Of a stretch of DNA of 64,000 bases, positions 40,900 through 53,289 are shown piece by piece. A model generated the notes under the pieces. The model was not told where the DNA came from, made no database searches, and worked only from the letters and a program-made list of their open reading frames with translations. A program made the position numbers and the translations under genes. The stretch is from Carcharhinus longimanus. Taxonomy: Eukaryota. The stretch lies in assembly GCA_030264375.1 (NCBI GenBank), contig JASCQW010000119.1, positions 10,523,346-10,587,345 of the forward strand, given 5' to 3'. The first letter of the stretch is position 1. Each line of letters opens with the position of its first letter.

Positions 40900-43800
40900 G
40901 TGAGTGAAATTAGATTGCATTAATTACCGTTCTTCAGACGCCACTTCTTTGTTTAATTGTTTTACCATTGTTTCAGATTTACCCTGAAGTAAACATGTTA
41001 TTATACTCATGAAAGCAGCTTTGGTTCTCGTTCAATGAGGCTGACCGTTTATATGAAATGGAGCTGCAAACTTAGAAGACTGAGATAACACATCATTCAA
41101 CAAACTAGAGCGACGTGGATTCGAATAGATATAAAAGCTTACTGGGTCGGAAACAACAACGCATGTCATTGGATTGGCAAGCAGAAAACCTTTCCATCCA
41201 GCTATGGTTGCAGCGGTTGAACTGGACTTCAATATTCAACTGCACGTGTAGCCTTTGCAGGATGAAGTAAAACACGACAAAATTGTCTTACTCCTGCGAT
41301 GGTGTTCACGAATGCTTCAAATTAGATATGTCAAACACAGGTTGAGCAGAGGGCACATATCGGGAAATTGGAAAATATACGTAAAATGTTGTGGAAGTGT
41401 TCATTTTTGAATTCAGTCTTGAAAAGATAACATGGATGGGCGACATATTTTGACAATGAATTTAAACATCTAGATCCTTAAAAGTTGAAAGCAGATTTTT
41501 TTTTTTCAGCCGTCATAATGATTGCTCGCCGGACAAATGAGCAAGGTTGAGATCGATTAAGCTGCAAATCCTGAACATTTTACAACGTCAGCTTACAATG
41601 TAAACTGAATAGTTTACAACAACCTGAAAAGCACTGAAAATAATGAAAGTCTGTTTTAAATTCGCAGTGATGCGATGTTAGCAACCCCTGATGGTGCGAA
41701 GAGGAGAGGATTGGTGCGTGGTTAGATGGAGGGAGCATTTGATCAATAGATTGATCTTATAACTGATACAAATTGCAGAGACAATCTGCAAACCAAACAC
41801 TTACATAACAAACAACTGCGCGCACAATCTCAGAACCATGTGCCACTTTATTTTTTTGTATAATAAGCTGCGTTATCACAGTTAACAACATTCATCGATT
41901 AAGCTAATAATTTCCGTTATGGTTTACGTTAATTACACTCGAGAAGACCCGTGAAGTGCACATAACAGTATTGCGGTGTTTTCGCTCTCGTGCATTTTGT
42001 TTTTTCACTGCTCTTCCTCGTATTAAATCAATTATTTCCAGACATGTGGCACAAAAGCTCCAACGNNNNNNNNNNTGAAAGGGCCAAGTATGTAATACTT
42101 CCTCCTTCCATAATTTAGCGGCCCTCAAAAGTATTGTACAATCTCAGAAACTGATGGCACAAACCTTGTGACTTTCATGGTCCGCACTCTGAAGGGAAGG
42201 CCTGACGTTTTCATCTTCACGACCGCTTCAGCGACAATTAATTCAACGGCACTGACATACCTGAAATATATCCCTGCACCTGAACAGAGGGGTGAGGTGC
42301 AGACTTTCTCAGCCGTGTGTGGAAGTGTAGGGATCGCAGTGAAATACTGCCTTACTACATGATCTTTCATCAGGCTCAAATATTGACGGATCTATTTGAT
42401 CGAGAACATAAATTGATATCAGTAGAAAAAGAACAATCAACTATCCATCTGTAGAATTGTCTATCATTTGCTCATGTTTCTCTTCCAGTGACTGTGACAC
42501 TTTGCTATTTTTGACCCTTTTGAGCAGCATGGACATTTGTTCGGAGATATTGTTTAAACTTCATTTCGGTGTCTACCTGCATTCTGTATTGTTTATAGTT
42601 TGCATTTTGAAACTGGGTGCTTGTTTTTTTTTTCCTTCTCACAACTTCGACGGTCCATCTCTACAACAGCAGTTAGCAACAGAATGCCCTGGCTTTACGC
42701 GATGTTAATGTTTATGTGTCCAGCGGTCTTGCGTGTCAATTCCGTGAACATTATGTTTATTAAAGTGCATCCATTCTATTGTTAGACTTGTTTGTGTGTG
42801 TGTGTCTTGGACACACACACACACACAAAAACAGTAACATGCCTCAGAGTTAGATTAGTCTCAGTTAATCGAAGTTTTTGAGTGTATGTGTTGCATAGAG
42901 CACAAACAAGTCTGTCACGACTAATGCCATTTAGCACATCTCCAAACTCACAATATTCTGCAAATGTTCTAAGCACTGCAACACACTGTATGATTCGTTA
43001 GCACTCCTCTCCGTTTACTGCATGAAAACTAAAAATCTTTGCAAGCACTTAGGGTTGATGTAAAAAAAAACATGCCAGCAAAATTTCCAAAATGTTCTTG
43101 AATGTGTTAATGCCAGGCTGGCTAGCTTGCACATAACAGTGGACGTGATTTACCTCCTATCACGCTCAGGGGAGTGGTTCAATAATGCATTCATCTATTT
43201 TTTTGACAATTCAGAATAAATTAGACACTCATGATAACATCGCCACAGCCCATCATTCTCATTAAAAGATACAATGGTGCTGAAATCTCCTGCCATTTTT
43301 GCGCATGCTGGTACCTTATACGCATTTTTTTTTTCAGATACATCAGCCTTCGTATTTGGAAAAAGATATTGATTTCAGTATTAGTCTGTCATGTGTTTCA
43401 ATCAGCTCAAAAGTTTATTTTTCATCATGTCCTTTACTTAACTTGGCATAAGCCAAGTGTTTTTTTTTCATAAGCAGCAATGTGGCAGCACTCGTGACAA
43501 GTTTCCATTGTTGTAATTAATTTCCCTTGGAACTCATCTCCTAGAATTTCAGCAACACACGTCTGTTAGACGTGTGGCCAGCTTTGCGTGTATATGGATA
43601 ATGGAACTGAGAGGGACATTGGGCAGTGGGACGTAAAGTTCGAGTTTTTGTTTGATTTTGTTCCTGTGGCTCCTGTTTTCCGTTCTACATCTCCTGGCAT
43701 CGCACTCCAGCTTATATTGCTACAGCACCGTCCGTGCTGAGCTACAAGGGACTAATCTATAACAATAGTCATTTCCATCAAGAAATGAGGTGTAGGGCCC

Positions 43801-45371
43801 TCCCGATTTGCACTGGAGAGCGATGGCTTTCAACCTCACCCCATTTCAGCGCTCCAAGTATAGCCGCTTTTGTACCCATTTCAAACGCATATGCTATAAT
43901 TACAGTCAATTTCATGCACAGTGTTCCAAATCTCTTGGACCTCTGCAAAAAGGATGAAATTGCTTGACTGCGTAAAAGTCTTGTGTTTATTTGCCTCCAA
44001 TCCATATCTTGTGTGTAATGACTGCTAACCCAATCAGTTACACCGCTCGCTATCAATCTACGTAAAACTGTTACAATTCTGTATAATACAAATAGGTCAC
44101 GTTCAGCAACTTAGTTGCATTTAAAACATTTTTATCGCAACCCTGAGCGATAAACACTCGAGCATAATCTACTAATTCTTATATTGTAATGCTCTTAACT
44201 AAACCATCGATTCCATGCACTTAGCTTGAATGATCAGCAAACCAATATTTTCCGAATTCAGCCACAGCATTCTTTCAATCATATTTTGACAAAACAGGGA
44301 AAAATTAAGCTATTTTAGATTATTTCACATTGCAACTCTTCTGTCTCAAATAAAGAAGCAAACGTCAGTTAAACACAAACAGACTACATTTAGAGCAAAC
44401 AAATGCATTACCTTCCTGACTCAAGGATTTACTTGGAAAACTGACCATTTGCAAATCATTTTTTTTTGGTACTTCCGTACAAAACAATATGGCTAGAAAA
44501 CAAAACTGTATTTTTGTTTCTTTAGTTGTTACGCTCACTAACACATTCGGCTGTAAATGACTATGAAACGAATAATATTTTGCGTCAAACAGCCAATTAT
44601 TTATTCGATTGACGTATTGAAACACAAGTTGCAATTCTTACCTGTACAAGGAGAGAAACAATGTCTATAAATGGCTAAATCACAAGCAAGTTTGTTGAGT
44701 GCACGAAGGCTGAAATTGATACAGAGAAAGCTGATAATGGAAGAAAAATTACGAAAACGCATGCAGTCATGTGTTACTCGTCTTGTCTACCGGTGGAGTT
44801 AAACATAATTGCCAGCAACGATTTTTTTTTCAAATGGATGGACTTGTTAGTGTCTTGCCAAACAGGAAATTTTCTAGTTATGCCTGAATCTTGCAATCCA
44901 TTTCATGGAAATAAATCGATTGATGAAACCGCTGATGGCAGCTCATGTTCTTTCAACGTATTTGGACAAAATATTTCAAGTCGTGTATATAGCAGATCGG
45001 AATTCGATGCCATGTATACGAGGCACGAAAACCCAAAGACAGTATTTCATGCAAGTAGCAGTGAGAATGTCAAACCTAGTTTCAAGTGAAAATAGATTAA
45101 TTACAACGATTCGAGGAAACAACGATACACAGATGCAAGATAAAAAATGAATTCATAACAACAAGATTATGCTCATAGAATGCGTTGGAACTTTGTAGTA
45201 GCAGAAAATACAAATATGGAGAGCTGACAACGAATGACCTACCCTTCTTTTGAAAATGTGATGTTATTCTTTGGAATCCCTCTTCATGCATTCAAGCACA
45301 AATGTTCATCTGAATTCCAGCATTGTTTATAAGAGCTATCATTTTTTAAAAAATAGTTTTGCTCTTCACAG

Positions 45372-45398
45372 AAGAAAGATTAAACATGAACGGCAAAG
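45372..45398 (+). CDS. Microexon 17 (27 nt), EERLNMNGK
   Basis: ttttgctcttcacag|AAGAAAGATTAAACATGAACGGCAAAG|gtaaat. Confidence 0.9.
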
Positions 45399-45609
45399 GT
45401 AAATTACCGAGCATGTATGAAAAAAGGGATGCATTTTTCTCTGATAGTTTATGCTGATATGTTTCGATAAATTTCCATATTATTTCGTGTGGAGTTATAG
45501 TAATGTCACATCACGAAGTAGAAACCGCGTGTGGAGAATACGAATTTGATCTATCTGACCCAGCCGAAGTGGTTCATTATATTGACACTCAGTTAATATA
45601 TTTAATGGA

Positions 45610-45850
45610 TTCATAGAATCCCTCAGAACAGAGGGAGGCAATTCATCCCATCGTGTCTGCACCAGCAACAATACCACCATAGCGCTACGCGCAGTCCCAT
45701 ACATGTACCCCGCGAATCCCTTCAACCTACACATCCCAGAACCCAAAGGAGAAAATTAGCTTGTCCATTCAACCTAACCCGCAAATCTTTGAATTGTGTG
45801 AGGAAACCTACGAAGACACGGGAGAATGCGCAAATTCCACACAGATAGTG
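45610..45850 (-). mobile_element. HE1-like SINE, head truncated
   Basis: tcatagaatccctcagaacagagggaggcaattc...aggaaacctacgaagacacgggagaatgcgcaaattccacacagatagt. Confidence 0.8.
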
Positions 45851-46567
45851 TGGCTCAGATAGATCAAAATGGTATTCTCCACACCGTTGCTTATCTGATT
45901 GGAATGAACTTCCAGTTCAAACCCATTCTCGTGAAGTGCACGCTGAAAGGATATAGTAGCAGTTGCAACCCGGTGCGACTACCTTAATTCAGCCCTTTAA
46001 TTGTGTTGGTCATATAGTTGTACATAACCCCACACGCAAAAAAAAGGGTGGTGTTCATTGCAGGCTGGGTGACAATGTAACTCAAATTTGTTTGTTATGT
46101 TACTGTAGACATTTTAACAAATGCACAACAACTGAATTTCCACACAGTGCATGAAAGGAGAGCATATTGCACAATTTGTCAAAGTGGAGATGCTTCAAAT
46201 TTATTTACTTTATTATTTTTATTAATCTAAATCATTGCACATTACTCAGATTTCCATTTTACTCTTCTGCTTATAAAAATACTGTCGGATTCAATCAAAG
46301 AATATTGTTACGAAAATGGAGTATCACTACTGGTCAAGTCCACCCAATCTATTTCCAGCAAATTAATTCCATCATCCTATGTTAATTGGTTCTCATGGTC
46401 ACTTCTATGCATTTGNNNNNNNNTTCTCACTACATGAAACTAAGTTTCAGATCAATCCTTCTAAAATGAACTTCCATATTCTGGATATCTATTTCAGGTA
46501 AGGTTTACGTCATTTCAAATCTCTTTTTAATATTCTTTAATAATGTAGTATTATTAATATTCTGCAG

Positions 46568-46603
46568 AGATACAAAAACTGAAGGACAGTTTCAACGATC
46601 AAG
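46568..46603 (+). CDS. Microexon 18 (36 nt), EIQKLKDSFNDQ
   Basis: aatattctgcag|AGATACAAAAACTGAAGGACAGTTTCAACGATCAAG|gtgagt. Confidence 0.9.
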
Positions 46604-47094
46604 GTGAGTAGGGAAGGTCTTCATTTCATGATCATTTCGGCTAACCGACTTTGATTGGCCTCATTATTTCCTGACATCAAATACGTAATGATCCTCTTCC
46701 TCAAAGCTGCGATTTTAACCTTTCTGTTTTATCGCCTATGGCTTTGCTATATCATTCATCCGAAATGGAGAAATGCTTGTGCTTGTCAATATAACGGAAA
46801 ATAAAGGGGTGGCGGACGGGTGGGGGTGGGGGGCAAAATTCATCGAATAGCCCTATGGGAAGGTATAAGGAAGGTAGAAATACATTTTCAACTGTGCCAA
46901 TACTCACAGAGCTTAAAGGCGTTTGCTATCATCAACGGAAAATATGTCTCAGTATGTTTCAAAAATCGGTGAGTTATGGACCCGAAATGCCTTTACGTTA
47001 CATTTATTTACGTGAAACAACTGTGATTCAGCACTTAGTAGAAAACAGAGTATACTGAAAATGTTTGTTTTTGCGTTTCGGTAATGGCCAACTA

Positions 47095-47890
47095 CTATGA
47101 CGTTTCATTAGGGTGTGTACAGATGATGTGTTCTCATCAGCAGTGCGTGGACTGATGTAGACTTGCTCGAGAGAGCTCTTTAGTGCCTGGTACTTTGTCT
47201 TGACATCGGATGCGTAATATTCTGCGAAGACAAGTCGTGTGGAAATGATTGAGCTGTCCTGCATGCCTTCAATACACAGCCCACGTTTCACAGGGATACA
47301 AGATGGTAGTGAGTACCGCGCCGCTGTAGACCTTCATTTTTGTTGCTGGGCTGATTCCTCGAGGATCCCATACGGTGGAGCGCAGTCTATCGAAAGCAGA
47401 ACTTGCCTTGCTATTCTGCTGTTAACTTCTGCATCAATAGTCACTGCTTGGGGGAGGGTGCTGCCAAGATAACTGAACTGGTCAACTGCCTTTAGTTTCT
47501 GCTCTTCGATTGCGATTATGAGTTTTGTGTACGGTGCATGAGCAGCAGGCTGGTGCATGACTTCGGTCCTTTTAATGGTGATGGTGAGCCCAAAGTTGTC
47601 ACAAGCCGTGGAAAATTTGTCCATACTGACTTGCATCTCTGGCTCTGAGCCAGCATACAGGGCGCANNNNNNNNNNNNNNNNNNNNNNNNNNNNNNNNNN
47701 NNNNNNNNNNNNNNNNNNNNNNNNNNNNNNNNNNNNNNNNNNNNNNNNNNNNNNNNNNNNNNNNNNGAGTCCAAAGTTGTCACAAGCCGTGGAAAATTTG
47801 TCCATACTGACTTGCATCTCTGGCTCTGAGCCAGCATACAGGGTGCAGCCATCGGCAAAGAGGAAATCTCTCAGAACAGTCTTTTTCACT
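47095..47890 (-). mobile_element. RTE LINE reverse transcriptase segment (inverted 5' part of an insertion)
   Basis: VLRDFLFADGCTL...SMDKFSTACDNFGLTITIKRTEVMHQP...VDQFSYLGSTL...IDAEVNSRIA. Confidence 0.92.
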
Positions 47891-48312
47891 TTGTCAGACG
47901 AGCGCATACCCAAGCAGTTCCTTTTTTGGGAGCTCTCTGCTGGAAGACGCTCGCACTGAGGGCAGAAGGAAAGTTTTAAAGACACACTCAAGGCCTTCCT
48001 GAAGTCGCTTCACATTGACACGGCCAACTGGGAATTGGTGGCACAAAACCGCCCGACCTGGCGTTGCCTCCTCCACAAAGGTTGACAAACTCACGAAGCA
48101 AGGTATATTGCTGAAACACAACTGAAGCGCGAGCTGCGCAAGCCCAGAGACACCAGCGCAACAACTACAGTGTCTACACAAGTCTGTCCAATATATGCCA
48201 GGACATTCCGTGCCCGAGTTGACCTGATCAATCATCTTCGGACACACAGCAACCAGCCTCAAAATGACTAATAGTATCGAGGTCCTCATCGACGACGATG
48301 GGCGAATAACGG
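47891..48312 (+). mobile_element. RTE LINE 3' end (C-terminal region with C2H2 motif and 3'UTR)
   Basis: SDERIPKQFLFWELSAGRRS...FKDTLKAFLK...WELVAQNRPTWR...CPIYARTFRARVDLINHLRTH; tail catcgacgacgatgggcgaataac. Confidence 0.9.
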
Positions 48313-49179
48313 ACAGATGTTGAAATGCCAAAGAGATAAAGGAACAAAGTTGGAAGTTGTGTACTGTGTGCACCTTATATCTTCATTTTGCACATCGGTT
48401 CTACAGTAGTCCCTTTCGTTTTACATTTGATTCTTCTTTACCCATAAACTAAAGACTAATGTAATCATATCTGTCCGTTCTTGAGTTTCAATTTTGCAAC
48501 CTATGTGCGCATTCAGACGATGGTCTGGGTTTTACTCGTGCATCCCCTATTAGATATTGGGAAAATGTATAGATTAATTACCAGCGTCTTTACTTTCGAA
48601 GTCAATCTGTGTTGAAACACATGCCCTGCTCTTTATTCCCCCCAAAAAACTTCGCGATAATTGACATAAACCTTTTTGCCAATAGTTATTGTCGCTTTAA
48701 AGGGAATGAAAACAGAGGCAACCCACCCTTTCCTCATTGGATATAGATATATCTATTTGGTCGTCTTAAATTGTCTTAATTTTCAGTATGTTTTTGACCT
48801 TCTGTTTTGTTCTTGATTTAACTATGCTATTTGTTCAAACAAGGATTTTAAGTCCACACCGTTTTTAAAAGTAAAATGCAGAACTGAAACAAAGAATACT
48901 TCTCCTTTGTATTTGTTTTCAGTGTCACGTTGCCAGACAGTTTTATTTTTCCCAAGAAAGTGCTAACATGCCAATTGCAATGTATATTGAATCGCTGCCT
49001 CTGTAACTCCCCCGCCCCCACCAGTTTGCCTGTACCATTTTGTGATATTTTCCGCACGATGGAGCAGAAATCAAAACTCCATAGGTTACAAAGTGATGTA
49101 ATGTTCCCAATTGATGTTGAAAATGTCAGTGTTGAACGTAAATTGTCATATTACCATGCATCAATATACTTCTTCACAG

Positions 49180-49206
49180 AACAAAAAATTGGCAAAAAAG
49201 AGAAAG
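49180..49206 (+). CDS. Microexon 19 (27 nt), EQKIGKKEK
   Basis: tacttcttcacag|AACAAAAAATTGGCAAAAAAGAGAAAG|gtaatt. Confidence 0.88.
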
Positions 49207-49504
49207 GTAATTTTCTTCCCTTAATGTCAGATATACTCTTGTTCCCAGCGCCTTCTGTTGTTTTCCCTACTGTTGCTGTCAGTTCCAATTGAAACTATTA
49301 GATTCCACTAAATTTCCAGTATGTGGCGTGAGCACTTGTGTCCTACCTGTCTTCTCATAGAACCTATCATTATGGAAAAAAGGGCACTTTTAAAAGTCAT
49401 TCTCAAAGATGCTAATCATATTTCTTCTTCCCACTTGGAAATTTTCATTTAAAATTTTACTCGACTGCAAACAATTTGGACAGAGCGACAAAGATGAAGA
49501 AAGA

Positions 49505-50925
49505 ATGAACTTGTTCAAAAGTGCTGCAGGGAAAAGCCAGGGAACTACAGGCCGCTGAGCCTCACATCTATGGCGGGTCAGTTGTTGGAAGATATTTTGA
49601 GAGGCACGATCTCTTGGCATTTAGAGAGGCAAGTACTGATTAGGGACAGTCAACATAGTCTTCAGAGTGGAAAATCATGTCTCAAAAAATTGACTTAGTT
49701 TTTTTTTTAAGGGGAAATCAGGAAGGTAAATGAGGGCAGTGCAGTTGGCATTGTCTACATGGGCTTTAGCAAGGCCTTTCACCAAGTACCGCATAGTAAG
49801 TTGTTGCATAAGGTTTCTCACCAAATCCAAGGTGATTTAGCCAAATGGGTACAAAACTGGCTTGATGACAGAAGCCAGAGGGTTGTTGTGGAGATCTGTT
49901 TTTCAAACTGGAGACCTATAACCAGTGGTGTGCCGGAGGGATCCACTGTTATTTGTCATTTATATTAAGGGTATGGATGAGAATATTGGAGACATGTTTA
50001 GTAAAATTGCAGATGACACCAAGATCGACGGCATAGTGGACAGTGAAGAACGTTATCTCGGATTGCAACAAAATATTGATCAATTGGGCAGTGGGCTGAC
50101 GAACAGTGGACGAAGTTCAATTTAGACAAATGCGAGGTGACGAATTTTGGTAGATTGAAAAAGGGCAGGACTTATTCAGTTAATGTTGGGTTTTGTCGAA
50201 AGTTATAAATCAAAGAGTTCTCGAGGTACAGCTTCATAGCTCTTTAAAAGTGGAGTCACATGTGGACAAAGAGGTGAAGAAGACATTCAACATGCTTGGT
50301 TTCCTTGGTCAGAACATTGAGTACAGGAATTGGGACATCTGGTTGGAGTTATACAAGACATTGGTAAAGCCACACTTGGAATATTGTGTTCAGTTCTGGT
50401 CATCCTATCATAGAAACGATCTGATTAAGCGAGAAAGAATGCAAAAAAGATTTCCTGTGATGGAACTGGGATTTGATATTTTGAGTTACAAAGAGAGTCT
50501 GGAAAGCTGGGATTTTTTTTTCTCTGGACCACATCAAGCAGAGGCGTGATCTTATAGAAGCCTATTAAATAATGATTGGCATAGATCAACGAGATAATCA
50601 ATGCTTTTTTTCCCCCAAATGTAGGGAAGTCTATAAGTAGAGGGCATAATTTAAGGCACAAAATGAGAGATAAAACAAGGGTGCACAGAAAAATTGTTCA
50701 CGCAGAGGATGGTGAATGTCTGGAACAAGCTGCCAGATCTAGTAGTAGAGGCACGTGGAATTATGTCCTTGAAATACTGTTTCGACGGTTACATGAGAAA
50801 CATGGGTATAGAGAGATAAGGGCCAAATGCGGGCAACTGGGACTGTCGTCGGGTCCATAGAAAAGGGTGGCATGCGCAAGTTGGGTCAAAGGGTCTGTTT
50901 CCATGCTGTAAACCGCAATGACTCT
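49505..50925 (+). mobile_element. 5'-truncated CR1 LINE (RT domain to 3' tail), frameshifted
   Basis: PGNYRP; MGFSKAFHQVPH; WVQNWLDDRSQRVVV; SGVPEGS; SKIADDTKI; LYKTLVKPHLEYCVQFWS. Confidence 0.95.
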
Positions 50926-51004
50926 TTGAAATTTTTAAGCATATTGTAAATTCAGACAAGGGAAAGCAGCTACAAAAATCTACATGACATGTTCGCCACC
51001 AGTT

Positions 51005-51240
51005 CAAACTCACTCACTCACTCACAAACACACAAAAGCAGGCACACAGACATGTACAAGTACCAAGCATACCTACACGGGCACATTCACACAAACATGC
51101 ACTGACAAAAACACAAACAAACACAGTCACGAACAGAAACGCACAATGATACACAACCAAGAGAAAGGGAAAGGCAGGACGCACAGACACTGACACACGG
51201 GTTCACTCATACTTGGACACGCAGGCAAACACCCACAAAG
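51005..51240. repeat. Degenerate (CA)-rich low-complexity tract
   Basis: cactcactcactcacaaacacacaaaagcaggcacacagac... Confidence 0.75.
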
Positions 51241-53289
51241 GCGCAGAAACATTTGATTAAATGTATCATTTGGTAACTCCTGTGCATCCACAGACTACCT
51301 GCTGTACGTATTGCAATACGCATTGGGTGCAATTCGAAAATTGACTTTTCTGTTCGTGAGCCAGGCAGGAGCATTAATGTGGCGCTACATTATTTCTGGT
51401 TGTAATTTTTACCATCTGTAAATGCATTGGGCCATAACTTGTAACATATCAGAAAACAATGATTGTTTGGAAGCAAAACACATGCCTACTGCTCACAACT
51501 CAATTTACCGAAGCTGATTGGGACTGCATTCGGTGAATTCCTGCACTCACCAGCGGAGTTCATCGGCATTGATTCGAGGATTTCATGCCACATTTTTTAC
51601 TAAACTAGCTGCTCTACAGCCTTGTAGTATAAAACGTGAAGTAAAAGCGACAAAGGAGAGAAGATATGCCCCAGGGTGGTTGGGAGGGCCACAAAGCGAA
51701 TGGGGGTCGCAGGGTACGCGGGGTTGTGGTATGGTTAAGACGTCAGGGAGTGATGAGCGGGATTATCGGTACCGGTTTCCCAAATTAGGCAGCGCGTGAT
51801 GCGTTGGATATCGCAGTTTTAAGTATGTGACAAATTGCAGACGGGGAATTCAAATGCGAGAGGTTGTTGTAGGCCTCAGGCGGATGGGGGTTGTTCAAGT
51901 TCTCGTGTGCTTGGTGTCGGTATGAGGCGTACGAATTTCAGGTTCTTTAGGGAGGACAGTAAAATCGCTGGCGAATGACGCATCGTCATGGCGGGGAATA
52001 TGAGTGTTTTTTTGGGATTTTGTGTTCTGTGTTGCATTCTGTGGGGACTGGGGAGGAGTTCCAGCTCGGTCGATGGACGAGTGTGGATGAGCATTGGGCC
52101 TGCATTTATCTGGATTTGGGGTAGCCCTGCTGTACGGTTGGGTAGTCGGTGATGCCATGGATTGTTGGCGATTTGGGGAAGACCATGGCAGAGTGGGCGG
52201 ATAGAGGAGGCCTTCAAGCAAGTGTGTGTATACGGGATTTGATTCCCCCAGAAAGGATTTTAACTCTCTGGGGAGCCTCATGTGTGGATGGGCTTGAACC
52301 GAAAATGCAATTGCGTTGATGTTAGAAGATGTTTCTTTCTTCCAAAGATTTCTGAATTACTATTCGAAATCCGGGTCAGAGAAATGTGCACTTAACGATA
52401 TGTTTAACTTCAGACGAGTCCCGTTGCAGCACATTCACTGCAAAAAAAAAGCTCGTCAGCTTACTGACCAACGGGGTTGATCCAAGAAATATTCGCATTT
52501 ACTGGTGGGGTATCAACAAAATTTGATGATGGGTAGCCAAGTTAGTAAGGGGCAAATTTGCCTTACATCGACGTTGCAACACCACGGAATCACAACATCT
52601 CTAAGATGTGAAAGTGGTGAGTTGAAACACTCGTTGGCCTGACTCCTCGCCTTCCTTGCCATAGGTCTCCCGGAGACGGGAGGTGGCGCAAGTTTGCTGG
52701 CAGTGGGATTCTCTGATCACAAACCTGTCAAAGGAAATTCCCACTGCTCTCACCCAACGTTGATAGGTATGCCTGGGTACGCTACCACATGACAGGAGAA
52801 TCCCATCGCCAAGGAGAACCAGAGAAGCGGTATTCCTATTTGTTCCATAGTTTCCAATTTTCGATGTAAGCAATTCCCTCTGTTCTACAATTAGTGCTCT
52901 TCTCCACAATGACAGAAGAGGTACTCTCCCACATTCCTCCTTAGAAGTGAACATTCTAATTCGTGGAAAAATGTTTCCAAATATCGTTGTGCCCAATCCA
53001 ATGTTTTCTCACCTTTTTCTATTGTGTGACGCTGAGAATCGTATAATAGATTTCTAACCAGAGCCGCGTATCATTTCAGCACAAACCCCTTAGGTTTGTA
53101 CTTACAATTCTCTCAATAAAACCCAACATACACTGTCATATTAGCTATTTTCTCCTAGCTCACTTGCATACTGGTTATCTACACACACATAATTAGTAAG
53201 GGTGTTCAGGAACAGAGAAAATTGAGTTATGTGCAATATAACCATTACGTTACATTCCTTGACCATGTGTTTAGTATGAAAGTGTGTTG

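Noticed and set aside
41143-41240. Minus-strand peptide RCNHSWMERFSACQSNDMRCC resembling a beta-defensin C-terminus
   Set aside because: Only four cysteines in frame, the N-terminal Cys pair is missing, and there is no signal peptide exon.
47590-47850. Apparent direct duplication of ~75 nt of RTE sequence on both sides of the 100-N gap
   Set aside because: Near-identical sequence flanking a fixed-size gap is the usual sign of unmerged overlapping contig ends, not a real repeat.
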